Below are positions 10,265 to 19,663 of a stretch of 64,000 bases of DNA, piece after piece (position 1 is the first letter of the stretch; each line of letters starts with the position of its first letter). The DNA lies in NCBI GenBank assembly GCA_964510315.1, contig CAZEAP010000014.1:25242-89241 (forward strand). Direction: 5' to 3'. Made by a program: the position numbers and the translations under genes. The DNA comes from an uncultured candidatus Brocadiaceae bacterium (lineage in GTDB: Bacteria > Planctomycetota > Brocadiia > SM23-32). The notes under the pieces were generated by a model. The model was not told the origin of the DNA and did no database searches. It saw only the letters and a list, made by a program, of their open reading frames with translations.

Positions 10265-11626
10265 ATGAAAGACGAACTGCTTGACCTTTGCGGAAAGCTG
10301 CCGGCCGATTACGCCGAGGTGCGCCTGCAGGAAGGCGTCTCCACCAACATCCACTACTCCGGGGAGGAGCTGGAAGACATCGGGGAGCGCACCCAGCGCG
10401 GCGGCTGCATCCGCGTGCTGAAGGACGGCGGGTGGGGCTTTGCCACTTTCAACGACGTGGATGCGATGGAGGAGTACGCCCGCCGGGCGGTGCGGCAGGC
10501 GGAGCTGGTGGGCGGGGAGAAGTTCGAACTGGCGCCCGTCGAGCCGGTGCACAGTACTTACAGGACTCCGGTGGACACCGACCCCGCCGAAGTGCCCCTG
10601 GAGGACAAGCAGGGCATGTGCAACCGCTACAACCGGGCGGTGCTCGCCCACGATCGTATCCAGAGCAGCATCGTGATCTACCGGGACCGCCACGCCACGC
10701 TCCATTTCGCCAACTCCGAGGGAACCTGCATCGAGCAGGAAATCGTCTTCACCGGCGCAATGGTCGCCGCCATCGCCGTGGAGGGCAGCAACGTGCAGCG
10801 GGCACGCGAGGACAACGGCGACCTGACCGGCTTCGACAAGGTCACCCGCATGGACGAAGCCTGCGAGCAGGTCGTCGAGCGGGCCATCGAGTCCCTCGAC
10901 GCCGAACCGGTGGATGCGGGCGCCTATACCGTCATCGCCGACCCCCGGCTCTGTGGAGTGTTCGTGCACGAGGCGTTCGGGCACCTCAGCGAAGCGGATT
11001 TCCTCTACGAGAACCCCCGCATGCGGGAGATCATGCAGATAGGGCGGCGCTTCGGGCCCGACTTCCTCAACATCACCGACGACGGCTCCATCGAGGGTGA
11101 GGGGGGCTTCGTGCCCTTCGACGACGAAGGCGTGCCCGGCTCGCGCACCCCGCTGATCAAGGACGGCGTGCTGGCCGGCCGGCTGCACAACCGGGAGACG
11201 GCCGCCAGGATGGGGGAGGAGCCCACCGGCAACGCCCGCGCCATATCCTACCGCCACCCTCCCATCGTGCGCATGACCAACACGTTCATGGAACCCGGCC
11301 AGACGCCCTTCGAAGAGATGCTCGGCGAAACGGAGGACGGCATCTACGCGGTGAGCTGGCTGGGCGGCCAGACCGACAGGGAGATGTTCACCTTCAGTGC
11401 CGAGGAGGCATACCGCATCCGGGCCGGCCGCATCGCGGAGAAGATCCGGGACGTCGTCCTGACCGGCAATGTGTTCCAGACCCTCCAGAACATCGACTGC
11501 ATTGGCTCGGACTTCGAGATGAAGGGTGGCCTCGGCGGCTGCGGCAAGGGCGGGCAGTCTCCCTTGAGGGTCGGCGACGGCGGTCCGCACTGTCGCATCC
11601 GGAACGTGGTCATCGGCGGAAGGTGA
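10265..11626 (+). CDS. tldD: TldD family metalloprotease
   Basis: HEAFGH zinc-binding motif and the overall TldD/PmbA fold pattern. ATG at 10265 (MKDELLDL) preferred over the upstream in-frame start. Confidence 0.85.
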   Translation: MKDELLDLCGKLPADYAEVRLQEGVSTNIHYSGEELEDIGERTQRGGCIRVLKDGGWGFATFNDVDAMEEYARRAVRQAELVGGEKFELAPVEPVHSTYRTPVDTDPAEVPLEDKQGMCNRYNRAVLAHDRIQSSIVIYRDRHATLHFANSEGTCIEQEIVFTGAMVAAIAVEGSNVQRAREDNGDLTGFDKVTRMDEACEQVVERAIESLDAEPVDAGAYTVIADPRLCGVFVHEAFGHLSEADFLYENPRMREIMQIGRRFGPDFLNITDDGSIEGEGGFVPFDDEGVPGSRTPLIKDGVLAGRLHNRETAARMGEEPTGNARAISYRHPPIVRMTNTFMEPGQTPFEEMLGETEDGIYAVSWLGGQTDREMFTFSAEEAYRIRAGRIAEKIRDVVLTGNVFQTLQNIDCIGSDFEMKGGLGGCGKGGQSPLRVGDGGPHCRIRNVVIGGR

Positions 11627-11743
11627 GGTGGCGTCCTCCTCGTCGCCCTCGTCCTCGTCTTCAGCCCGAGAGGATAAACAGCGAGGACGAGGTCGAGGAC
11701 GAGTGCGATTGCTGAACGGAACCGAATCCAACAGGGGAGACGA

Positions 11744-13060
11744 ATGGACGACAACAGGGCCGAACAGATTCTGGACGCTGCACGCGACCGTTTCGACGCC
11801 GCCGAAGTCTTCGAAGAGACCTCGGAGACCATCAGCGTGAGCTTCGAGGACAACCGCCTCAAAGAGATCCAGTCCCGCCAGCGGCGCGGCGTCGGTCTGC
11901 GCGTGATCCAGGAGGGGCGGATCGGCTTTGCCTCCACGACCGACCTTCGGGAGGCGGAACCCCTGCTGCGGATGGCCGCCGCCAGCGCGGAATTCGGGGA
12001 CGAGGCGGAATTCGAGTTCCCCGGCCCGCCGGAGGAGATGCCGGGCCCGGGACTCTACGACGACGAGATGGAAGAGGTCGGTGCCGAGGAGATGGTGGAG
12101 ATCGGCCGGGAGGGACTGGCCCTCAGCCGGGAGGCCGACGAGGATTGCCTCTACGCCGCGCACCTGAACCGTTCACTCCGGCGGCAGCGCGTTCTGAACA
12201 GCAGCGGACTGGACCTATCCTACCGTTACAGCCGGATGTCGGCCGACGTTGAGGTGCAGAAGCTCGGCGAGAGCGGCCTCCTCCAGATATACGAATATAG
12301 AACCTGGGGGCGGCCGTTCGACTCGGTGGCCCCCCTGACCGGGACGGTTCTGGGGAAGATGCGGGACGCCGCCACCATCGCGCCGACCCGCCCCGAAGAG
12401 ATGCCGATGATCTTCACGCCGAAGTGCATCCGCACCCTCCTCCAGCCCGTCGAGGTGGCCCTCAACGGAAAGCGGGTCCACAAGGGCTCCTCGGTGCTGC
12501 GGGGTAGAATCGGCGAGCAGGTGCTGGATGAGCGGCTGACCCTGACCGACGATCCCGGCATGGATTTCGCCCCCGGCAGTTGCCCGGCCGACGACGAGGG
12601 GGTGCCCGCCCGCCGGCGGGAGCTGTTCGAGGACGGCGTCCTGCGCACGTATCTCGCCGACCTCCAGACCGCCGGACTGCTGGGCATAGAGCCAACCGGC
12701 CGCGGGTTCAGGAGCTACGCCGGTCGCCCGTCTCCGTCCACCACGAACGTGCTGATCGCACCGGGGGATACGCCGCTGGAAGATATGCTGGAGGGTATGG
12801 GGCGGGGGCTGATCATCGACCAGACGCTCGGCTCCGGCCAGAGCAACGTGCTGGCCGGGGAGTTCAGCATCAACGTCGGGCTGGGGTTCCTGGTCGAGGA
12901 CGGCGAGGTGCAAGGCCGGGTCAAGGACTGCATGGTGGCCGGGAACGTCTACGAGGTGCTGGGCCGGATCGAGGCACTGGGCACCGAGGCGGACTGGTTC
13001 GGCAGCATCTGCGCGCCGCCCGTCATGGTCGGCGGGCTCAAACTGGCCGCCCAGGGGTGA
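11744..13060 (+). CDS. pmbA: TldE/PmbA family protein (partner of TldD)
   Basis: Paralogous to the preceding gene (GxC...DDEGVP, MV(A)GN motifs) but lacks the HExxxH. This is the classic tldD-tldE tandem. Confidence 0.85.
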   Translation: MDDNRAEQILDAARDRFDAAEVFEETSETISVSFEDNRLKEIQSRQRRGVGLRVIQEGRIGFASTTDLREAEPLLRMAAASAEFGDEAEFEFPGPPEEMPGPGLYDDEMEEVGAEEMVEIGREGLALSREADEDCLYAAHLNRSLRRQRVLNSSGLDLSYRYSRMSADVEVQKLGESGLLQIYEYRTWGRPFDSVAPLTGTVLGKMRDAATIAPTRPEEMPMIFTPKCIRTLLQPVEVALNGKRVHKGSSVLRGRIGEQVLDERLTLTDDPGMDFAPGSCPADDEGVPARRRELFEDGVLRTYLADLQTAGLLGIEPTGRGFRSYAGRPSPSTTNVLIAPGDTPLEDMLEGMGRGLIIDQTLGSGQSNVLAGEFSINVGLGFLVEDGEVQGRVKDCMVAGNVYEVLGRIEALGTEADWFGSICAPPVMVGGLKLAAQG

Positions 13061-13070
13061 CGGTCCCTTC

Positions 13071-13582
13071 ACCACGGAGGCACGGAGGACACGGAGAACG
13101 GCAACGGAAAGGCGGGTCATGGGACGACCTCAACGGAGTGGCAGGATGCTGTTATCGGACGACATAACCGAACAGGTGATCGGTGCTGCGGTGGAGGTGC
13201 ATAGGGAACTCGGCCCGGGCTTGCTTGAGTCCGTATACGAGGAAGCACTGTGCCATGAACCGTCTCTCCGCGAGGTGGCTTTCGCGCGCCAGGTGCCCGT
13301 GCCAATCAGCTACAAAGGCGTCAACCTGGGCAGCGACTGCCGCATTGATATCCTTGCGGAGGATACGGTCATCGTGGAACTCAAGGCAGTCGCAGAAGTC
13401 CTCCCGGTGCACAAAGCGCAGTTGCTGAGCTACATGAGACTGAGCGGAAAGCAGGTTGGCCTTCTACTGAACTTCAACGTCGCCGTGCTGAAGGACGGTA
13501 TCGTGCGACGTGTGCTGTAGGTTGCTCGCCGTTGTTGCCCCCCACTCGTTCCGTTCTCCGTGTCCTCCGTGTCTCCGTGGTT
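13071..13582. mobile_element. putative miniature mobile cassette: GxxExxY gene bounded by 31-bp near-perfect terminal inverted repeats
   Basis: 13071-13101 ACCACGGAGGCACGGAGGACACGGAGAACGG. The reverse complement of 13551-13582 is AACCACGGAGACACGGAGGACACGGAGAACGG. Identity is 30/31. Confidence 0.55.
13146..13520 (+). CDS. GxxExxY family protein (PD-(D/E)xK nuclease-fold, selfish-element-like)
   Basis: Defining motif GPGLLESVYEEAL (G-x-x-E-x-x-Y). About 125 aa. Flanked by 31-bp inverted repeats (see findings). Confidence 0.7.
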   Translation: MLLSDDITEQVIGAAVEVHRELGPGLLESVYEEALCHEPSLREVAFARQVPVPISYKGVNLGSDCRIDILAEDTVIVELKAVAEVLPVHKAQLLSYMRLSGKQVGLLLNFNVAVLKDGIVRRVL

Positions 13583-13694
13583 TTTTCGGGTTGCCATAAG
13601 GTACGTACGCTCCAGGGCTTGCGGCGTCGGCGTGCATTTCCCTTCCCGCATCCGGGACAATGTGGGTCGCCAGGCCTTTTGCAGGGAACCGGAT

Positions 13695-14573
13695 ATGCCT
13701 CCCGATCCGTCGGATGGGACAGCAGACGCCGCCCCCGCCAAGTGGATGGACACCATCTTCTGCGAGGACTGCCTGGCGGGCATGCGCCGCCGCCTCCCGG
13801 ACGGCTCCGTGGACGTGATCGTCACCTCCCCGCCCTACAACATCGGCGTGGCCTACGACAATCATTGCGACGACCTGCCCTTCGAGGAGTACCTGGACTG
13901 GATGGAGGAGGTGGCCGGGGAGTGCCGCCGGGTGTTGGCCGAGGATGGCTCCCTTTTCTTCAACATCGGTGACAAGCCGTCCGACGAGTTCCGTTCCCTT
14001 CGGGTCGCCAGGCGCCTCGGCCGGCACTTCCACCTCCAGAACACCGTCCACTGGGTCAAGTCCATCGCCGCCCCCGAACGGGACGTCAACATGGGCCACT
14101 ACAAGCCGGTCAACAGCGACCGGTTCCTCAACAACTGTCACGAGTATATCTTCCACTTCACCCGGACCGGCCGCGTGAGACTCGACAAGCTCGCCGTCGG
14201 CGTGCCCTACCGGGATAAGAGCAACATCGGGCGCTGGAAGTTCACCCGCGAGCGGGGGGAGCGGAGAACGGACTGTCGCGGTCGCGGCAACACCTGGTAT
14301 ATACCCTACCGGACCGTCACCGGGGCCAAGCCCCACCCGGCGGCTTTTCCCGACAGGCTGCCGGAGATGTGCATTAAGCTGCACGGCCTCCGCGCTGAGC
14401 CGCCCCTGGCGGTGCTGGACCCCTTCATGGGGACGGGCACCACCGCGGCCGTAGCGGCCCGCCTCGGCTGCCGATGGGTCGGCTTCGAGGTCAGCCCCGA
14501 TTACGTCAAGATCGCCCGGGAACGCATCGAGGAGGCCGCCGAAGCGGCGGACCGCCCCAACAGAGCCGCTTGA
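13695..14573 (+). CDS. beta-class DNA N4-cytosine/N6-adenine methyltransferase (orphan, no cognate nuclease adjacent)
   Basis: Motif IV TSPPYN early, motif I DPFMGTGTT near the C-terminus (circularly permuted beta-class order). ATG at 13695. Confidence 0.8.
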   Translation: MPPDPSDGTADAAPAKWMDTIFCEDCLAGMRRRLPDGSVDVIVTSPPYNIGVAYDNHCDDLPFEEYLDWMEEVAGECRRVLAEDGSLFFNIGDKPSDEFRSLRVARRLGRHFHLQNTVHWVKSIAAPERDVNMGHYKPVNSDRFLNNCHEYIFHFTRTGRVRLDKLAVGVPYRDKSNIGRWKFTRERGERRTDCRGRGNTWYIPYRTVTGAKPHPAAFPDRLPEMCIKLHGLRAEPPLAVLDPFMGTGTTAAVAARLGCRWVGFEVSPDYVKIARERIEEAAEAADRPNRAA

Positions 14574-14643
14574 CCCCGCCCTGGGGCATCACACACTAAG
14601 CACGGGGGCGCGCCCGGTGCGTGTCGCCCAAAGGGAGAAGCAG

Positions 14644-14959
14644 ATGCAGGACCCCGAGCAGTACTACCCGACCGAAGAAGAGGTGGATCAGTGGTGCGCC
14701 CGCCTGCTGAGCAGGGCCGAGGAGGCGTCCCTGGAGGGCGATCGGCCTTGTGGATGTGGTAAGTCATGCACACCGGCTGACGATGCCGACGCTGCTGACG
14801 GCCGGGACCGTCGACGATACGTGCCCGTCGGAGAGCATCCATTCGCTGTTTCGGAAGCTGCCAGGCACCCGCAGCTACACGGAGCTTGCCGGCCAGGGCC
14901 ACGCCTACACCATGCCCTTCCTTCACCTGGCCCGCGCCTGGTTCCGCACCCACGTGTGA
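14644..14959 (+). pseudogene. remnant of an alpha/beta-hydrolase (C-terminal fragment, frameshifted)
   Basis: 14750-14959 encodes ...MPTLLTAGTVDDTCPSESIHSLF...GQGHAY, the typical C-terminal Asp/His region of alpha/beta hydrolases. It is in a different frame from the N-terminal piece at 14644. Confidence 0.35.
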
Positions 14960-15081
14960 GCCCGGCGGCCGCTTCGTTTCTTTTGACAGAGCAGTGGTAC
15001 CGTGAGGCGCGGAGCATCGTTGCGTATCTCCGGAGCCCCCGCTAACATATCCGGCTCACCGTGCCGGGTGTGGAGGTGCCG

Positions 15082-16209
15082 ATGGATGAAAAACGCGTAC
15101 TGCTGAGCGTGGGCGACGACTCGGGGGACCTCCACGCCGCCAACCTGATGCGCGCCATGGTGGAGCAACGGGACGGCCTCCGCTTCGTCGGCTACGGGAT
15201 GGAGCGAATGCGCGAGGCCGGCCTGCAGCCGCTGGGCGCACCGGAGGAGAGCGTAATCTGGCTGAAGAACCTCTGGCTGCTCGGCCGCTACCGCCGCCGG
15301 ATGCGGCGGTGCTGCGAGCTGCTGGACGGCGGGGGGGTGGACCTGGTGGTGCCGGTGGACTTCGGCGGGTTCAACCTCTGCCTCTGCCGACAGGCCGCCC
15401 GCAGGGGGGTTCCGGTCTTCTACTACATACCTCCCCAGGTCTGGGCGCACGGCCGCTACCGACTGAAGAAGCTGCGCCGCTGGACCACCCGCTGCGGGCT
15501 GATCTACCCCTTTGAGCCGGCGCTCTACCGCCGCTGGGGGGTGGAGGCGGATTACGTGGGCCACCCGCTCTTCGACGAGATGGAGGCCAACCCGCCGGAC
15601 GAGGACGTCGTGGACGAACTGAAGGAGCGGTTCGGGGACCGCCTCGTGGGAGTGTTCCCCGGCAGCCGCCGCCAGGAGGTGCGCGCGCACATGCCGCTCC
15701 TGGTGGATTCCATCGGCCGCATCGGGGCCGCCGTGCCGGAAGCACGCTTCGCCGCCCTTACCCCGGATGGAATCCGGCCCGCGGTCGAGAAGGCCCTCAG
15801 GGGGACCGACGTGCCGATAGAACTGCTCGGGGATGCCCGGCCCCCGGAGCTGGCTCGCGCCGCACACCTCTGCATTGCCAAGTCCGGCACGGTGACCCTG
15901 GAGATCGCCGCCCAACGCACACCGATGGTCATCTTCTACCGTCCGGGGGCTTTCGTCTGCTTCCTGGCCTTCGGCCTATCAGACACCCCGTACTTCGGCC
16001 TCGTCAACGCCCTGGCGGGAAGGATGATATGCCCGGAGAAGGCCATGGCCCGCCCTGCTCCGGGCTGGCTCGCGGCCGCCGCCGTCCGGCTGCTGAGCGA
16101 CAGGACCGTCCACCGGAGCTGCCGGAGTGCGATGGAGGAAGCGTTGGGGCAGTTCGCTCGGCCGGGGGCCTCCGAACGCGCGGCCCGCAGCGCGCTGGAA
16201 CTGCTGTGA
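15082..16209 (+). CDS. lpxB: lipid-A-disaccharide synthase
   Basis: N-terminal VLLSVGDDSGDLHAANLMRAM and the overall GT-B LpxB pattern. ATG at 15082. Confidence 0.85.
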   Translation: MDEKRVLLSVGDDSGDLHAANLMRAMVEQRDGLRFVGYGMERMREAGLQPLGAPEESVIWLKNLWLLGRYRRRMRRCCELLDGGGVDLVVPVDFGGFNLCLCRQAARRGVPVFYYIPPQVWAHGRYRLKKLRRWTTRCGLIYPFEPALYRRWGVEADYVGHPLFDEMEANPPDEDVVDELKERFGDRLVGVFPGSRRQEVRAHMPLLVDSIGRIGAAVPEARFAALTPDGIRPAVEKALRGTDVPIELLGDARPPELARAAHLCIAKSGTVTLEIAAQRTPMVIFYRPGAFVCFLAFGLSDTPYFGLVNALAGRMICPEKAMARPAPGWLAAAAVRLLSDRTVHRSCRSAMEEALGQFARPGASERAARSALELL

Positions 16210-16600
16210 GCCGAGCGCGGCCTCCTTCGCGTCCTGGAACGGGGGGGGGGAGACGGATGAACAGGCTCTGCAGAAGGCATCCACGGTCCGCCCGGAATCA
16301 GGGCGGCAGGGGGGAAGGTCGATTGCGGACGGTGGTGGGACGGCGTGGCCGAACAGCGAGGCGCCTCTGCATGACAATGTGGCGGGCCACCGCCCAAAAG
16401 TGTCTTTCCGAGCGAGTTCGTCAATAGCCACCGCAGCTTGCCCGCCTGGGGAGGGCGTTTCTGGCCACCCGACAATTCCCGCACTATCCTCGACAGCATC
16501 AGAGACCGGCGGCAATTGAACCGGGGAGACGATTCGGGTAGCATGCAAAGTCCGGGCTTTGTCCCTGGGGGCGACTGAAACCTTTACTGGAGGAGGAACC

Positions 16601-17083
16601 ATGCCGGAACTGTTCTCCGCACGGGAGTTGATCGAGATTGCCATAGAGGAAGAGCGGACTGGGGCCACTTTCTACCGGGCGTTGGCCGAGAGCACGGACT
16701 CGGAGGATCTGGAGGAGTTCGCCCTGGATGTGGCGGAGATGGAGGACGAACACGAGGAGAAGTTCCTGGGCCTGCTGGAGAAGGTGGGGGACTACAGGCC
16801 GGGCGGGGAGCAATACCCGGGGCAGTATCAGTCCTACATGTCCTACCTCATCGAGGGCCGCATCTTTCCCACCGGCCGCGACGGGGAGGAGATGGCGCAA
16901 CGGCAGGCAAGCGACCGGGAAGCGGTGGAGACGGCCATGGAGATGGAGCGCAATACGTTACTTTTCTACCACGAGATGATACGCTTCATCCCCGAACCCG
17001 ACAGGGACCTGCTGGAAGACATCATCGACGAGGAACGCCAGCACGTCACCGACTTCGCCGCATACCGGGAGAAGCACTTCTGA
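16601..17083 (+). CDS. ferritin-like/rubrerythrin-family diiron domain protein
   Basis: Paired ExxH-type motifs (EMEDEHEEKF, MEMERNTLLFYHEM, IIDEERQHV). ATG at 16601 after GGAGGAGGAACC. Confidence 0.65.
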   Translation: MPELFSARELIEIAIEEERTGATFYRALAESTDSEDLEEFALDVAEMEDEHEEKFLGLLEKVGDYRPGGEQYPGQYQSYMSYLIEGRIFPTGRDGEEMAQRQASDREAVETAMEMERNTLLFYHEMIRFIPEPDRDLLEDIIDEERQHVTDFAAYREKHF

Positions 17084-17149
17084 GTGGCATTGGGAGGCGG
17101 ACTGCTTCGCTCCCTCAGGAGCCTGCTCCAGTGTGACGCCGCTTGGAGT

Positions 17150-17377
17150 TCACTTCTCTGTCGGCCCCGCCGGCTTACCGGAGAGGTCCGCTTCGATCAG
17201 GAGAAGCACGTCCCGGACCTCCTCCAGCGCCTGGTTTTGGCGTTCGGCCGCCTGGGTGACTTCGGCAAACCTTTTTTCCAGCACCGCGAGCTTGGCGGTG
17301 TTGTGCACGGCGAGCACTGCCGCGCAGAAGGCCAGCAGCAGGCACACCAGCCAGGCGATGATCTGCGAAGCGTTCAT
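17150..17377 (-). CDS. small membrane protein (hypothetical)
   Basis: 75-aa ORF MNASQIIAWLVCLLLAFCAAVLAV... with one TM helix followed by a charged helix. Only the terminal segment of the spurious 616-aa ORF is credible. Confidence 0.35.
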   Translation of the reverse strand: MNASQIIAWLVCLLLAFCAAVLAVHNTAKLAVLEKRFAEVTQAAERQNQALEEVRDVLLLIEADLSGKPAGPTEK

Positions 17378-17466
17378 CTGCTTCACCCCTTTTCTCCTTC
17401 GTGAGTAGGGCGGCCGACAGGGCTTTGAGGACTTCGCCCGGTCGGCACGGCCGCCGGGGAGACCGT

Positions 17467-19365
17467 CTACAGGTTCCCTTCTTCCGGGTTCTCGAAGAAC
17501 TGGAGGCGATAGAGCCGTTCGTATTCGCCGCCTTCGGCCAGCAATTCCTCGTGGGACCCCTGCTCTATGATTCGCCCGGCTTTCAGCACCACTATCCTGT
17601 GGGCGTCCCGCACGGTGGAGAGCCGATGGGCGATCACGAAGGTCGTCCTGCCCTCCATGAGGTTCTGCAGGGCGATGCGCACCAGCATCTCCGACTGGGC
17701 GTCCAGGCTGGAGGTGGCTTCGTCGAGGATGAGGACAGGGGCGTTCTTCAGGATGGCCCGTGCGATGGTGATGCACTGCCTCTGTCCCCCGGAGAAGCGG
17801 TCTCCCATCTCCCCGGCCAGGGTGTCGTAGCCCTCGGGCATGCTCAGAATGAATTCGTGGATGTTGGCGGCCCTGGCGGCTGCTACGACTTCTTCGTCGT
17901 CGGCTTCGGGGTCTCCGTAGCGGATGTTCTCCCAGATGCTCCGGTTGAACAGGAAAGGATGCTGCCCGACGATGGCGATCTGCTCCATGAGGCTTTCCCT
18001 TTCGATGCGGCGCACGTCGATGCCGTCGATGCTCACCGAGCCTTGGTCCACGTCGTAGAACCGGGGTATCAGGTCGAGCATGGTGGTTTTGCCGGCGCCG
18101 GTCTCTCCGACAATTGCGTAGACTTTCCCGGCGGGCACCGAGAGGTTGATACCCCTCAGCACCGGTTCCTCGTCGTAGGCGAACCAGACGTCCTCGAAGC
18201 GGACGCCCTCTTCGACGCCGCTGATTCGGGCCGCGTCCGGGTGGTCCTGTATCTCCGGGGTGCTGTCCAGCAGCTCGAACATGCGGGCCACGCCGGCCAG
18301 GCTCTGCTGCAGGCTGTTGTAGGCCTTGACGATGCGGCGGATGGGGGTGCCGGTGGCGGCCAGCGCAGCCACGCACTGCAGCATGCTGGGCACGGTGAGT
18401 TCGCCGGTAGCCACCAGCCGGCCGGCCATGATGAACACGCCGGACAGCACCAGCACCAGCAGGAACTCCGGCAGCACGTCGGCCCAGGCCCGGGTGCGCA
18501 CCAGCTTGAACGCTCTCCTCAATTGTGCCTGCGTACGGGTACGAAATCTGGCGTTCTCCTCTTCCTCCCGGTCGAAGGACTTCACGACCCGGATGCCCTG
18601 CAGCATCTGCGTGATCGAGTCGGTGATGTCGGCCAACCGCTCCAGGTTTTTCTGGCTGTAGCGGCGGATGCGGCGGCCGTAGCGGCGCTGCAGCAGCGCT
18701 ATGGCCGGCAGGCAGGCCGCCGTTATCAGGGTTAATTCCCAGCTCGAGGCCAACGCCACCCCCAGGAACCCCACCAGCAGCAAAGGCTGCTTGACGATCT
18801 TGCCGAAGATCAGCTTCAGCGCAGCGGTGGAGCTTTGCATGTCGTTGGTCAGGCGGCTGACGATCTCGCCGGTGCGCTGATGGGAAAAGTAACTCAGCGA
18901 AAGGCTGGAGAGCCGCTGGAAAACGTCCATCCGTATGTCGGCCATTATGTGCCAGACCACGCGCCGGTGCAGGTATTGGTAAGCCCAGGTGGAGAGGCAC
19001 AGCAGGGGCCCGACGATGAGGGCCAGCAGGAGGGCCAGCTTCTTCAGGCCGTCGCCGGCGGAAATCCAGTCGCTGAACGCCTTTACCGGCCCGAACTGCC
19101 GAACCCAGCTTTCGGCCTTCTGCTCGGCTTCCGCCAGCACATCTTCGGGGGCCACCTTCACCTGCTCCTGCTCGCTGACGCCGGTCGCCTGGCGCTGCTC
19201 CAGTTCCTCCATGGCCGGCTTCACGAGCATCAAAACCGCCACGTTCATCATCGCCGAGACGGCCAGGGCGACGAAGGCAAGGGTGATGGCCCTCCAGTGA
19301 ACGGCGGCGTAGCGGTAGAACCGAAGGAGCTGCCGGAAACTGTGCCGCCCAGGTGACGAGCCCAT
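17467..19365 (-). CDS. ABC transporter ATP-binding/permease fusion (MsbA-like)
   Basis: TM domain, then GETGAGKTT, LSGGQRQ and LILDEATS. Start at the internal ATG (MGSSPGRHSF...). Confidence 0.85.
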   Translation of the reverse strand: MGSSPGRHSFRQLLRFYRYAAVHWRAITLAFVALAVSAMMNVAVLMLVKPAMEELEQRQATGVSEQEQVKVAPEDVLAEAEQKAESWVRQFGPVKAFSDWISAGDGLKKLALLLALIVGPLLCLSTWAYQYLHRRVVWHIMADIRMDVFQRLSSLSLSYFSHQRTGEIVSRLTNDMQSSTAALKLIFGKIVKQPLLLVGFLGVALASSWELTLITAACLPAIALLQRRYGRRIRRYSQKNLERLADITDSITQMLQGIRVVKSFDREEEENARFRTRTQAQLRRAFKLVRTRAWADVLPEFLLVLVLSGVFIMAGRLVATGELTVPSMLQCVAALAATGTPIRRIVKAYNSLQQSLAGVARMFELLDSTPEIQDHPDAARISGVEEGVRFEDVWFAYDEEPVLRGINLSVPAGKVYAIVGETGAGKTTMLDLIPRFYDVDQGSVSIDGIDVRRIERESLMEQIAIVGQHPFLFNRSIWENIRYGDPEADDEEVVAAARAANIHEFILSMPEGYDTLAGEMGDRFSGGQRQCITIARAILKNAPVLILDEATSSLDAQSEMLVRIALQNLMEGRTTFVIAHRLSTVRDAHRIVVLKAGRIIEQGSHEELLAEGGEYERLYRLQFFENPEEGNL

Positions 19366-19663
19366 CGGGTTCACTCGGAGGATAGAGGGAAGGCTCAGGT
19401 GGGCAGAAAACCCTTCCTCAAGATACCAGTGGCCCGAGCCCAATCATAGCGCAGGGGTGCCTCTACCGTCAAGCTCGCGGGTCCCCAAGTCATACCGGGT
19501 TTCGACCTCTCAACTCTCGGCCGGGCCCGGCCCTCTCCGGCGTACTCGGGGCCACCGTGAGCGCAGCACCACGGAGAAAGGACCCTTGTGGTGCTCGTAG
19601 TGTGGTCCCCCGGCGGGGCGGGGCTCGCGGCTTATTGAGGACGCCATGCAGCGAGAGAGCGCA

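Noticed and set aside
10205-12163. 652-aa minus-strand ORF antisense to tldD/tldE, and similar antisense ORFs (12215..13120, 17150..19000 N-terminal part, 17401..18735, 58345..59046, 14923..15915)
   Set aside because: No recognisable domains, extreme Gly/Arg/Pro/Ala/His composition, fully overlapped by well-supported genes on the other strand.
14617-15045. 142-aa ORF called as an intact gene
   Set aside because: Homology to the alpha/beta-hydrolase C-terminus is in a different frame (14750..14959). Treated as a disrupted remnant, not a functional CDS.
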